A stretch of DNA of 64,000 nt from Alphaproteobacteria bacterium (lineage in GTDB: Bacteria > Pseudomonadota > Alphaproteobacteria > SP197). The translations under genes and the position numbers were made by a program. The stretch lies in the NCBI GenBank assembly GCA_963666905.2, contig OY763008.1, positions 4,135,469 through 4,199,468 on the forward strand, in the 5' to 3' direction. This document shows, in pieces, positions 1 to 9,496 of the stretch. The notes beneath the pieces are model-generated. The model ran no database searches, was not told where the DNA came from, and saw nothing but the letters and a program-made list of their open reading frames with translations. Every line of letters begins with the position of its first letter. The stretch's first letter is position 1.

Positions 1-271
1 ACGCGGCGACGGTCCTGGCCCCGGCGGCGTCCTTCGCGTCCGGCAGGCCGAACTCCCGCGATTCCGTCCTCGCATCGAATCCCGCCCGGCGCACGATCGA
101 GACCACCGACTCGACCGCGGTGTTCCTGTCGACGTCGACGGTCGCCCTCTCCATGGCGAGATTGACGGTGGCGACGGCGATGCCCGCACCCCTGGACAAC
201 ATCCTCTCGAGGCGCGTGGAGCAGGCGCTGCACGTCATGCCGTCGACGAGAAACTGGTAGCGGACCGTCAT
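1..271 (-). CDS. Heavy-metal-associated (HMA) domain protein, probably the N-terminus of a Cu-type P1B ATPase (partial, runs off window)
   Basis: ATG at 271 overlaps the upstream stop (ATGA); translation MTVRYQFLVDGMTCSACSTRLERML...ATVNLAMERATV contains the GMTCxxC HMA motif. Confidence 0.8.
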   Translation of the reverse strand, partial: MTVRYQFLVDGMTCSACSTRLERMLSRGAGIAVATVNLAMERATVDVDRNTAVESVVSIVRRAGFDARTESREFGLPDAKDAAGARTVAA

Positions 272-1722
272 CGATCCGAAGCGGCGATGGCGCGCTCGCG
301 CCACGGTGACGGCGGCGCATTGGTGGCCTGCAGCCATGCGGGAATGCGCTGATTGGCGAACAGGGATTCGAGGGTCTCGGCGGCGCGGACAACGGCGGCC
401 TCGCGGCCGCGCACCATGGCCGTCGCCGGTCTGGGCACCCAGTTCAGCTGGTGGGAGTCCGACTCGGCGTACATCCCGGCATCGAGGATCGCGACGAGGT
501 CGCCCCGGACGAGTTCCGGCAGGGCGCAGCGCTCGCCGAGCACGGAGGGAATGCAGATCGGGCCCACGACATCGGCGCACCGGTCCATCGGCTTGTCCAT
601 CGACGTTGCGGCGATGACGAGATTGCGCGTGCCCTCGTCCCCGGCGCCGATCAGCGGCATGAGGTTGGTGCTGGCGTCGACATTGACCCAGGTCATGCCG
701 GCATCCTGCTTGACGGAACCCACGGTCGCGACGAGGACGCCCGCATTGCCGGCGATGTAGCGGCCGGGCTCCAGCCACAGCGCAGGCACGGGCAGGCCCG
801 CCGCGGCGATGGGCGCGAGAAGGGCCTCGGCCGAGGCGCGGGCGTAGTCCTCGATTCGGTGGGGGTTCGGCCTGTCGCTCTTCGACTCGGGATCCCGCCT
901 GCGCGCCCAGCCGCCGCCGATGTCGATGACGGACGGCGCGAAACCGGTCTCGCCGTGAAGGCTGACGGCGATCCGCCCGATCTCGCCGTCGAAGGCCGCA
1001 CGGTGCTCGAGGCTTTGCGTCATGCGTCCCAGATGGGCGTGGTATCCGACGAGCTCGAGCTCCTCGATCGCGGCGAGCCTGCGGATCATGCCGGCGGCAA
1101 CGCCGGGCGTGACGCCCCATTTCCAGCGGGCGAGCTCGGGGCGGATATCGCCCGAGAACGAGACGAGATCGCTGTCGAACCGCGCGAAGGCCTCCGGGAT
1201 CACCTTGAGGCGGATGTTGACCCGCACCCTGGAACCGGCGCCGCGAGCCACGGCGGCCAGGCGGTCGATCTCCTCGCCGTCGTCAAGATTGACGCACACA
1301 CCGAGCTCGACGGCCCGTTCGAGGGCGGCACGGGTCTTGCTGGAACCGTTGAGCGCGATGATCGACGGGTCGGCACCGCCGGCGAAGGTCGCCTCGAGCT
1401 CGCCGGTGCCGAAGCAGTCGCCGCCGGCGCCTTCCTGGTGGAGGACCGCGCGCACGGCGAAGTTGGGGTTGCACTTGATGGCGTACATGACGTTGACCGC
1501 CCCCGGCCATGCGCTCTCGAACGCCCGGCGGATGCGCCGGTAGTTGGCGCGCAGCGTCGCGTCGGAGAGCACGAAGAGCGGCGATCCGAAACGCGCCACG
1601 AGGTCGCTGACCGCGACGTCCTCGACCATCAGCGTACCGTTGCCGGACACCGAGAGGTGGTCGCCGGGGGTGAGGACCCTGGCGAGCAGGGCGGACGTCG
1701 TTTCCCCTGTCATGTGCGTCAC
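268..1722 (-). CDS. Fold-III PLP-dependent decarboxylase, LysA/diaminopimelate decarboxylase-like (atypical motifs)
   Basis: YAIKCNP PLP-lysine motif, DIGGG, LEPGRYI, VVGPIC, DAGMY; AAGGAG RBS before GTG. Confidence 0.8.
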   Translation of the reverse strand: MTHMTGETTSALLARVLTPGDHLSVSGNGTLMVEDVAVSDLVARFGSPLFVLSDATLRANYRRIRRAFESAWPGAVNVMYAIKCNPNFAVRAVLHQEGAGGDCFGTGELEATFAGGADPSIIALNGSSKTRAALERAVELGVCVNLDDGEEIDRLAAVARGAGSRVRVNIRLKVIPEAFARFDSDLVSFSGDIRPELARWKWGVTPGVAAGMIRRLAAIEELELVGYHAHLGRMTQSLEHRAAFDGEIGRIAVSLHGETGFAPSVIDIGGGWARRRDPESKSDRPNPHRIEDYARASAEALLAPIAAAGLPVPALWLEPGRYIAGNAGVLVATVGSVKQDAGMTWVNVDASTNLMPLIGAGDEGTRNLVIAATSMDKPMDRCADVVGPICIPSVLGERCALPELVRGDLVAILDAGMYAESDSHQLNWVPRPATAMVRGREAAVVRAAETLESLFANQRIPAWLQATNAPPSPWRERAIAASDR

Positions 1723-1792
1723 CCCGCTGATCTCCTTGCCATGTCAGATGGGATCTCCCGGGACCGTTGTCGAGACGGGCCGCCGGGGGCCG

Positions 1793-2734
1793 TCAGGTTC
1801 CTCCCCGCGGGGGCCCCGTCGTCCAGGCGTCGGCGGCGAATGTGTTGCGGTAGAAGTCCTTCTGGCGCCCGGCGCCTGCGATGGTGTTGTGCATGAGCAT
1901 GGCGACGGTCACCGGGCCGACGCCGCCGGGCACCGGCGTGATCCAGCCGGCCACCTCGCGGCAGCTTTCGAAGTCGCAGTCCCCGACCGTTCGCCCGGTA
2001 CCGTCGGGGCCCGCGACCCGGTTGATGCCGATGTCGATCACCGCGGCGCCCGGCTTGATCATGTTGCCGGTGACGAGCCCCGGCTTGCCGACGGCCACGA
2101 ACACGGCGTCGGCCTGGCGGCAGTGCACGGCGAGGTTGCGGGTCTGGTGGTGGCACACCGTGACCGTGGCGCCCTCCGCCATCAGCAGGAAGGCGATCGG
2201 CTTGCCGACGATCTCGGAATGGCCGACGACCACGACCTCGAGACCGGCGAGGTTGAGTCCGGTCGACTTGAGGATGTGCACCGACGCCATGGAGGTACAG
2301 GGGCCGAGATCGAGTTCGTTGTAGACGATGTTGCCGATCGAGGCGGGATGCAGCCCCTCCACGTCCTTGAGCGGGTGAATGGCGCTCTGCAGCCGCTTGA
2401 CGTTGATCTGCGGCGGCAGGGGCCTCTGGACGATGATGCCCGTGACCCGCGGATCGGCGTTCATCGCCTGCACGGCGGCGAGCATCTCCGGTTCCGTGAT
2501 GTCTTCAGGGTAGTGCCGCTCGTCGAAGGCGATACCGAGCTTCTCGGCGGTCCGCTTCTGGTTGCGGACATAGATCTCGACGGAAGCGGCGTCGCCGATC
2601 ACCATCGAGACCAGGCGCGGCGCCCAGCCGCTCTCCTTCAGCGCCGCGACCGCCTCCCGGGTCTTCTCGTGCAGGCCGGCGGCAATCCTGCGACCGTCGA
2701 TTTCCTTGTGTTTCCACTGGTGATCATCGGTCAC
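1793..2734 (-). CDS. folD: Bifunctional methylenetetrahydrofolate dehydrogenase/cyclohydrolase
   Basis: YVRNQ, GIIVQRPLP, KDVEG, GHSEIVGKP, ITPVPGGVGPVT motifs; start may be 2743. Confidence 0.93.
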   Translation of the reverse strand: MTDDHQWKHKEIDGRRIAAGLHEKTREAVAALKESGWAPRLVSMVIGDAASVEIYVRNQKRTAEKLGIAFDERHYPEDITEPEMLAAVQAMNADPRVTGIIVQRPLPPQINVKRLQSAIHPLKDVEGLHPASIGNIVYNELDLGPCTSMASVHILKSTGLNLAGLEVVVVGHSEIVGKPIAFLLMAEGATVTVCHHQTRNLAVHCRQADAVFVAVGKPGLVTGNMIKPGAAVIDIGINRVAGPDGTGRTVGDCDFESCREVAGWITPVPGGVGPVTVAMLMHNTIAGAGRQKDFYRNTFAADAWTTGPPRGGT

Positions 2735-2754
2735 CGGAGGCACTCCCTTCCTGC

Positions 2755-3807
2755 CTACTCGATCCCGGGCAGCGGAGAGGGGGCGTCGGACAGGGTTCGC
2801 ATCCAGGCGATCACCGCCGCAAGGTCTTCCTCGTCGCGCAGACCGCGGAAGCCCATCTTTCCTCCCGGAAGATCGGCGCGGGGATTCTCAAGATAGGTCC
2901 ACAGCCTGTGGTAGGTCCAGGCGCCTTCCTCGGCCTCCATGGCCTTCGAGTAGTTGAAGTCCTCGATGTCGGCAATGTCGCGGTCCACCACGTCCCACAG
3001 GTTCGGGCCGACGCGGTCCGCTCCACCCTCGTCGAAGGTGTGGCAGGCCCGGCACTTGCGGGCCACACTCCGGCCGTCGTCGACGGATGCGGCGGCGATC
3101 ATGACGAGGATGGGATCGTCTGCGCTGTCTCGGGCCTCGGCTTCCTCCAGGAGTGTCCCCGCGGCGCCGGCTTCCTCTGCCGCTGCTTCGGGAACTTCCT
3201 CCACCGCCGCTTCTGGGGCCTGCGTCCCGGGCATCGAATCCTCCGGTTCCGCGTTCTCCGGCAGGGCCAGCGGAGCATCACTGCGGGTGTTGAGCCAGGC
3301 GATCAGGTCGGCGCGGTCGCGATCGTCCCGGATGCCCTTGAACACCATCTTGTTGCCGGGAGCGTAGGCCTTGGGGTCGGTGATGTAGAGGCTCAGGTCC
3401 TCGAAGGTCCAGGTGCCGCCGAGGTCCGCCAGGACGCCGGAGTAGTTGAAACTGTCGCTGCGCGCCTGCGGCGAACCGACGATGCCGTAGAGATTGGGTC
3501 CCTGGCCGTTGGGACCTCCCGCCTCGATCGTGTGGCAGCTCTTGCACTTGCGGAACTGCTTCTCTCCGTTGGCGAGGTCGGCGCCGGCCAGCAGCGCGGC
3601 GATCGGGACCGCCTCGGCTACCGGCGCCGCGGCAGGCGTCTCGCCATGGTCATCGGCCGCCGCCACCGTGTCGCCGGCGGCATGCTCGACCGCATGTTCC
3701 GTGATCTGCGGACCGTAAAGGACGTTGCCCAGCTTGCCGATTCCGAAGGCAAGAAGCAGGCCCATCAGCAGGCCGGCTGCTATCTTGTTGAACTCCAGAG
3801 AATCCAT
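2755..3807 (-). CDS. Membrane-anchored di-heme cytochrome c (CycM-like, two tandem cytochrome c2 domains)
   Basis: MDSLEFNKIAAG TM anchor; CKSCH...GPNLYG...PGNKM and CRACH...GPNLW...PGGKM. Confidence 0.88.
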   Translation of the reverse strand: MDSLEFNKIAAGLLMGLLLAFGIGKLGNVLYGPQITEHAVEHAAGDTVAAADDHGETPAAAPVAEAVPIAALLAGADLANGEKQFRKCKSCHTIEAGGPNGQGPNLYGIVGSPQARSDSFNYSGVLADLGGTWTFEDLSLYITDPKAYAPGNKMVFKGIRDDRDRADLIAWLNTRSDAPLALPENAEPEDSMPGTQAPEAAVEEVPEAAAEEAGAAGTLLEEAEARDSADDPILVMIAAASVDDGRSVARKCRACHTFDEGGADRVGPNLWDVVDRDIADIEDFNYSKAMEAEEGAWTYHRLWTYLENPRADLPGGKMGFRGLRDEEDLAAVIAWMRTLSDAPSPLPGIE

Positions 3808-3953
3808 GGACACCGGCCCTTGAGGATGATGATCCCGGACTGGGAAGCGATGCGGAGATTAGCCATGTCCGCACCGCATTCAACCCCCGGCGGCGGCATT
3901 GCCCCGTGGGGCGCTCCTGATAGTATCGGGACAGCTCCCAGGGGAGGCAGGCC

Positions 3954-4553
3954 ATGGACGCATCGGATCTGCTCCGGTCAGTGGACATCCCGGGGTACTC
4001 CGGAGGCTGGCTCGCCGCCGAAGCCGGGACCACCGTTCGCGTCATCGACGTGGAGGGCCACCAGATCGGAGACCTGTTCGCCGTCAGTTCCACCGACCAC
4101 GACGAGTTCCTCAGCCCGTCGGTCACACGCCTCCACAACGGCAACCTGTTTCCGGGGCCTGGAGAATCGTTCTTCACCAACAGGGACAGGCCGATCCTCA
4201 CCTTCGTCGAGGACCATTCGCCGGGGTTTCACGACATGCTCTACGCGTCGTGCAACCGGAACTGGTACGCAAGCCGCGGCATGCCGGATCACCCGAACTG
4301 CCGCGACAACTACTTCGAAGCGGCGCGCTCGGCGGGTATCGCCCCCGGGCTCCAGCCCGACCCGGTCAACATCTTCCAGAACACGCCGCCCGGAGCGGAC
4401 GGCCGGTTCTTCATCGGCGTCACCATGAGCGGCCCCGGCGACTACGTCGTGCTGCGGGTGGAAGCCGACTGCATCGTCATCCTGACGGCCTGTTCCTCGG
4501 ACCGCATTCTCGGCGGCCGCTCCACGCCGATGCGCCTCGAGGTCCACCGCTGA
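3954..4553 (+). CDS. Urea carboxylase-associated family (DUF1989) protein
   Basis: VIDVEGHQIGD, HDML..SC, HPNCRDN, PDPVNIFQN, GDYV.LR, TACS. Confidence 0.85.
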   Translation: MDASDLLRSVDIPGYSGGWLAAEAGTTVRVIDVEGHQIGDLFAVSSTDHDEFLSPSVTRLHNGNLFPGPGESFFTNRDRPILTFVEDHSPGFHDMLYASCNRNWYASRGMPDHPNCRDNYFEAARSAGIAPGLQPDPVNIFQNTPPGADGRFFIGVTMSGPGDYVVLRVEADCIVILTACSSDRILGGRSTPMRLEVHR

Positions 4554-4765
4554 AGCGCCGCAGGCCCGTCACCGCTGCAGGCGGGGTTGCACAGCGGAAT
4601 CCGGATGGGATAGAGTTCCGGGCTTGAGGGGGAAGTGCGATTTGCGGAAGAGTTTTCACTTTCTCGCAAGGAGTTTACGGAACACTTCCTTCCGGTGAAC
4701 AGGCCTCCCGCCCAGGACCGGAGGATGATCCTTATCACAATGATCGATCTGGGAGAAAACACATC

Positions 4766-5854
4766 ATGGCATTGCAGAACTTGACCCGGCGCGAGCTCGC
4801 CGCCGCCATGGCCGCCGTGGGCGTGAGCGTCGTGACCCTGCCGATGACGCGCCGCGCTGCGGCGGCCGGCGAGATCATGGGCCATACCTGGGCCGGCTAC
4901 GACATGCCCGAGATGATGGGCGGCTACATCGAGAAGTACGGCGGACCGCCCGAGTTCAGCTACATCGCCTCCGACGACGAATCGTTCGAGAAGATCCGGG
5001 CCGGGTTCGCTCCCGACTTCGTCCATCCCGGAAACTACATGATCCAGCGCTACCACGATGCCGGGCTCGTCCAGCCGATCGACACCGACCGCCTCGAGAA
5101 CTGGGCGACGATCGCACCGGGAATCAGGGACATCGACGGCGCGATCATCGACGGCGTCCGCTACTTCGTGCCCGCCGAGTTCGGCAATTCGTCGCTGATC
5201 TACCGCACGGACATGGTCGACGAGAGCTACCTCAAGGAGAATTCCTGGGCGCTCATCTACGACGAGGCCTACGCCGGACGCCTGGCCTGGTACGACACGT
5301 CGAACGCCACGGTGGCCATCGCCGGGCTGATGCTGGGCTTCGACAACATCTGGACGTTGTCCGACGAGCAGCTCGAGGCCGTGCAGCCCTTGCTGTCGAA
5401 GCAGCGGGACCTCACGCGCTTCTACTGGACCGACGTCACCCAGATGGAGCAGGCCATCGCCAACGGCGAGGTGGTGGCCGCCTACTCGTGGAACCAGTCC
5501 TTCGTCTCCCTCCAGCAGCAGGGCGTGCCGGTCGGCTACATGGTGCCCAAGGAGGGCGTGTTCGCCTGGGGGTCGGGCTTCATCATCCACAAGGACGCGA
5601 CCGATCTCGACGCCGTCTACACCTACATCGACGCCTGGATCTCGGCAGAGTCCGGCGCCTGGCTGATCGACAACTACGGCTACGGCAGCGCCAATCTCGC
5701 CGCCTACGATCTCCTGCCGCAGGCGCGTCTCGACCAGCTCGGCTTTTCGGATCCCGAATCGCTGATCGCCAACACCATCTTCTTCCCGGCGATGGATCCC
5801 GAGTACGAGGCCAAGTACGAAACGCTCTACACGGACATCCGCGCCGGTATGTGA
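4766..5854 (+). CDS. PotD/PotF-like ABC substrate-binding protein with Tat signal
   Basis: LTRRE twin-Arg leader, TWAGY, LVQPID, YMVPKEG motifs. Confidence 0.85.
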   Translation: MALQNLTRRELAAAMAAVGVSVVTLPMTRRAAAAGEIMGHTWAGYDMPEMMGGYIEKYGGPPEFSYIASDDESFEKIRAGFAPDFVHPGNYMIQRYHDAGLVQPIDTDRLENWATIAPGIRDIDGAIIDGVRYFVPAEFGNSSLIYRTDMVDESYLKENSWALIYDEAYAGRLAWYDTSNATVAIAGLMLGFDNIWTLSDEQLEAVQPLLSKQRDLTRFYWTDVTQMEQAIANGEVVAAYSWNQSFVSLQQQGVPVGYMVPKEGVFAWGSGFIIHKDATDLDAVYTYIDAWISAESGAWLIDNYGYGSANLAAYDLLPQARLDQLGFSDPESLIANTIFFPAMDPEYEAKYETLYTDIRAGM

Positions 5855-5969
5855 GGCTGTCCGCGGCTGAGGCGCAACCTCCGGCCCCGGCGCTGCGGGC
5901 AGCGCCGGGGCCGCTTCATGTCCGGGGCGTCCCGGCGGCTCTTCTTCGCAACGGGATGAGGGAGGCATC

Positions 5970-7487
5970 ATGGCCAGGACCCGACCCAACATCGTGATCG
6001 TCATGGCCGACTTCATGAGCGCCCTGGCGCTTCCCATGTACGGCGATCGCACGATCAGGGCGCCCCACATGAAGCGGCTCGGCGAGGAGGGCGTCGTCTT
6101 CGAGAACGCCTACTGCAACGCGCCGCTGTGCGGGCCTTCCCGCGCCTCGTTTCTGACGGGTCTCCTGCCCTCGAAGGTCGGCGTCTACGACAACGGCAGC
6201 GAGCTTCCGGCCAGCATTCCCACCTTTGCCCACCACCTGCGCCTGGCGGGCTACCGGACGATTCTCTCCGGCAAGATGCACTTCGTGGGTCCCGACCAGC
6301 TGCACGGCTTCGAGGAGCGGCTGACGACCGACGTGGTGCCGTCGGACTTCGGCTGGGGCCCGCCGCCCGGAGGCGCGCGCTGGGAGGACGAGGGATTTCC
6401 CGACTACCCGAACCTCGACGAGGTGATCGACGCGGGCCCCTGCGTGCGCTGCCTGGGCATCGACTTCGACGACGAGGTGACCTTCACCTCCGTCAACAGG
6501 ATCTACCAGCTGGCCCGCGAGGAGCCCGACCGGCCGTTCCTGATGACCGTCTCGTTCATCCAGCCCCATCCCCCCTTCGCCTCGCCGGCCGGGTACTGGA
6601 ACCTCTACGGCGACGGGGAGATCCCCATGCCGTCGGTGGGGCCGATTCCGCTCGACGCCCACGACGAGCTGAGCCGCCATCTCCACGAGTACGGCGGCAT
6701 GGGGCAGCCCGGCGTGACCGACGCCCATGTCCGCCGCGCCCGCCACGCCTACTACGCGATGCTGAGCCACATCGACGACAGGATCGGAGAGATCCTGGGC
6801 GCGCTCGAGGCCTCCCGCCTCGACAGCGACACCATCGTCATCGTCACCGCCGACCACGGGAACATGCTGGGCGAGCGCGGCCTGTGGGGGTTGCGCACCT
6901 TCTTCGAGTGGTGCGAGCGGGTGCCTCTCGTGTTCCATTGTCCCTCCGCATTCGCCGCCGGGCGGGTGCGGACACCCGTCTCGCTCGTCGACGTGCTCCC
7001 GACACTGGTGGATCTCGCCGGCGGCGAATGCGACCCCGTCGACGGCAGGAGTCTCGGGGACGTCCTGCGCGGAAACGGCGCGATTGCGCCGCGCGACGTG
7101 CTGGCGGAGTACTGCGGCGAGGGCGTGCCGGCGCCGTGGTTCATGATCAGGCGCGGCCGCCACAAGCTCGTCCACTGCGAGGCGGCGGCTCCCCTCTTGT
7201 TCGATCTGGCCCGGGACCCGGAAGAGCGTGTCGACCTGGCGCAGGACGCCGGCCACGGCCCGATGCGGGAGGACCTGCAGCAGGAGGTCTTGAGGCAGTG
7301 GGACGTGGCCCGCCTGCCGGTCCTCGTGGAAGAGAGCGTCAGGCGCCGCGCGACGATCTTCGAGGCCAACAGGCACGGCAGGCCCCCGGTGTGGGACCAT
7401 GCGGTCGCCAATGATCCCTTCCGCGCCTACCAGCGCAGCTACCGCGAGGCGTGGCAGAGGACGGAGGAGCGCGCCCTCCTTCGATAG
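5970..7487 (+). CDS. Choline sulfatase-like (BetC-like) sulfatase
   Basis: NAYCNAPLCGPSRAS (CxPxR), GKMHFVGPDQLHGFEERLTTD, ADHG.MLGERGLW. Confidence 0.85.
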   Translation: MARTRPNIVIVMADFMSALALPMYGDRTIRAPHMKRLGEEGVVFENAYCNAPLCGPSRASFLTGLLPSKVGVYDNGSELPASIPTFAHHLRLAGYRTILSGKMHFVGPDQLHGFEERLTTDVVPSDFGWGPPPGGARWEDEGFPDYPNLDEVIDAGPCVRCLGIDFDDEVTFTSVNRIYQLAREEPDRPFLMTVSFIQPHPPFASPAGYWNLYGDGEIPMPSVGPIPLDAHDELSRHLHEYGGMGQPGVTDAHVRRARHAYYAMLSHIDDRIGEILGALEASRLDSDTIVIVTADHGNMLGERGLWGLRTFFEWCERVPLVFHCPSAFAAGRVRTPVSLVDVLPTLVDLAGGECDPVDGRSLGDVLRGNGAIAPRDVLAEYCGEGVPAPWFMIRRGRHKLVHCEAAAPLLFDLARDPEERVDLAQDAGHGPMREDLQQEVLRQWDVARLPVLVEESVRRRATIFEANRHGRPPVWDHAVANDPFRAYQRSYREAWQRTEERALLR

Positions 7488-7513
7488 CGACCCGCGGGCC
7501 AGGGGAGATCACG

Positions 7514-8395
7514 ATGCGTGTGGCCGGATGCGTTCTGCTGTCATGGCTGTTCCTGGCGCTCACGCCGCAGGCGGGATCGGGAGACGAGCTGCGCATCGCG
7601 GCCTGGAACCTGGAGCATCTCGACGACGGCGACGATGCGGGCTGCGTCGGACGCAGCGGCGCCGACTACGCGGTCCTCGCCCGGCGAATCGCGGAACTGG
7701 ACGCCGATATCGTCGCCTTCCAGGAGGTGGAGAACGAGGCGGCGGCGCTTCGGGTGTTCCCGGCATCCGACTGGCACGTGGAGGTGTCGCGGCGCCCGCC
7801 GGTGGAGAACAGCCGGGCCTGCTGGGACAGGCCGCAGGCGCGGCTCGGCCATCTGGCGACGGGGTTCGCGGTCCGGCGCGGCGTCGATTACCGCCGCAAC
7901 GGGGACCTGGCGGCGCTGGGCGCCGACGGCGCCTTCCAGCGATGGGCGACCGACATCGTCGTGACGTCGCAAGGCCGGGAGTTGCGCCTGCTCTCGGTCC
8001 ATCTGAAGACCGGCTGCTGGGGCGCCGCTCAGGACGGCGACAGCGTGAAGAGCTGCGCGACGCTGCGCGGCCAGGTCGAACGGCTTAAGGCCTGGGCCGA
8101 CGCCCGCCGGGCGGAGACCCGGGCCTTCGTCATCCTGGGAGACTTCAACCGCCGCCTGGCGCTCGCCGGTGACTGGGCGTGGCGCCTGCTGTCGCCGGCC
8201 CGGGCGCCGCTGCTGCTGCTGACCGGGGACGCGCCGTCCCGCTGCGATCCCCGCTTCCCGGCGTTCATCGATCACATGGTGGCCGGAGGCGGCGCGGAGG
8301 CGATGCTGGTGCCCGGATCGTTCCGCGAGGCGCCCCGCCGCGGCCCGCATCCCGACCACTGCGCCATATCGGCCGTGTTCCGGTTCGGGAGTTAG
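7514..8395 (+). CDS. Exported endonuclease/exonuclease/phosphatase (EEP) family protein
   Basis: Signal-like N-terminus; AWNLE, AFQEVE, VHLK, LGDFN, IDH, PDHC. Confidence 0.85.
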   Translation: MRVAGCVLLSWLFLALTPQAGSGDELRIAAWNLEHLDDGDDAGCVGRSGADYAVLARRIAELDADIVAFQEVENEAAALRVFPASDWHVEVSRRPPVENSRACWDRPQARLGHLATGFAVRRGVDYRRNGDLAALGADGAFQRWATDIVVTSQGRELRLLSVHLKTGCWGAAQDGDSVKSCATLRGQVERLKAWADARRAETRAFVILGDFNRRLALAGDWAWRLLSPARAPLLLLTGDAPSRCDPRFPAFIDHMVAGGGAEAMLVPGSFREAPRRGPHPDHCAISAVFRFGS

Positions 8396-8770
8396 GGGAC
8401 GCTCCTCACTTCGGCCGCGCATGTCCGAACGCCGCGGCCGGTCCGGCCGGCGCCTCTGCAAGTTGCCCGATGTGTCCTGAGGACCGGACTTGCCCGCCAT
8501 CATGCGCTATTCTCGTGCGCCGTGACGGAGAACGTGGTTGAGATGTGCGCACTGGAGCCGGGTGCGCGGCAACCGGCGCTTTCGAGGCAGCCAGGCCGCA
8601 AGATCCGGGAATGCCTGTTGTCGCGCACGTTCGTGATCCGTCGGCAGGCGGCATCTGCCGGACCGGTTCGCGGCCATCGGGATCGACATGGGACAGGCCA
8701 TGAATGATGTGTCGCGGTGGGGCGGGTGTGCGGTCCTGATGGCGCGGAGCCCGGCCGAAGACAGGTGCGC

Positions 8771-9496
8771 ATGCCGGTCATCGTGATCATCCCCTCGAGA
8801 CTGGCTTCGACGAGGCTGCCGGGCAAGCCGCTCGCCCTCATCGGCGGCGAGCCGATGATCGTCCATGTCTGGCGCCGGGCCGTCGAGGCCGATGTCGGCC
8901 GCGTCGTCGTCGCCGCGGCGGACAGTTCCATCCTCGATGCCGTGGAGGACAACGGGGGCGAGGGGGTGATGACGGATCCGGATCTCGCTTCCGGCTCGGA
9001 CCGCGTTCACCAGGCGCTTGAGCGCATGGATCCGGACCGGGAGAACGATGTCGTGCTCAATCTGCAGGGCGACCTGCCGACCCTGCCGCCTGAAGCGCCT
9101 CGCCTCGCCGTCGCCGCGCTCGAGAGGTCCGGGGCCGACATCGCCACGCTGGTCGCCCGGGCCGCCGACGATGAGCGCCGCGACCCGGATGTCGTCAAGG
9201 CCGTGGTATCGTGGGGCGGGAGCGAGGGAAGGGCGCTCTACTTCACCCGTGCCGCAGCCCCCTGGGGCGAAGGTCCCCTGTGGCACCACGTCGGTCTCTA
9301 TGCCTGGCGCCGCGACGCGCTCGACCGCTTCGTGACGCTGCCCGTGAGCGCCCTCGAGGCGAGGGAAGGACTGGAACAGCTCAGGGCGCTCGAGGCCGGC
9401 ATGACCATAGCGGTGGCGTGCATTGACAGTGTTCCGGTCGGTGTCGATACTCCGGCCGACCTCGAAAGGGCGCGTTGTCTCTTTCCCTTGTCATGA
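8771..9496 (+). CDS. kdsB: 3-deoxy-manno-octulosonate cytidylyltransferase
   Basis: IPSRLASTRLPGKPL, SGSDR, NLQGD, LEQLRALE, VDTPADL. Confidence 0.95.
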   Translation: MPVIVIIPSRLASTRLPGKPLALIGGEPMIVHVWRRAVEADVGRVVVAAADSSILDAVEDNGGEGVMTDPDLASGSDRVHQALERMDPDRENDVVLNLQGDLPTLPPEAPRLAVAALERSGADIATLVARAADDERRDPDVVKAVVSWGGSEGRALYFTRAAAPWGEGPLWHHVGLYAWRRDALDRFVTLPVSALEAREGLEQLRALEAGMTIAVACIDSVPVGVDTPADLERARCLFPLS

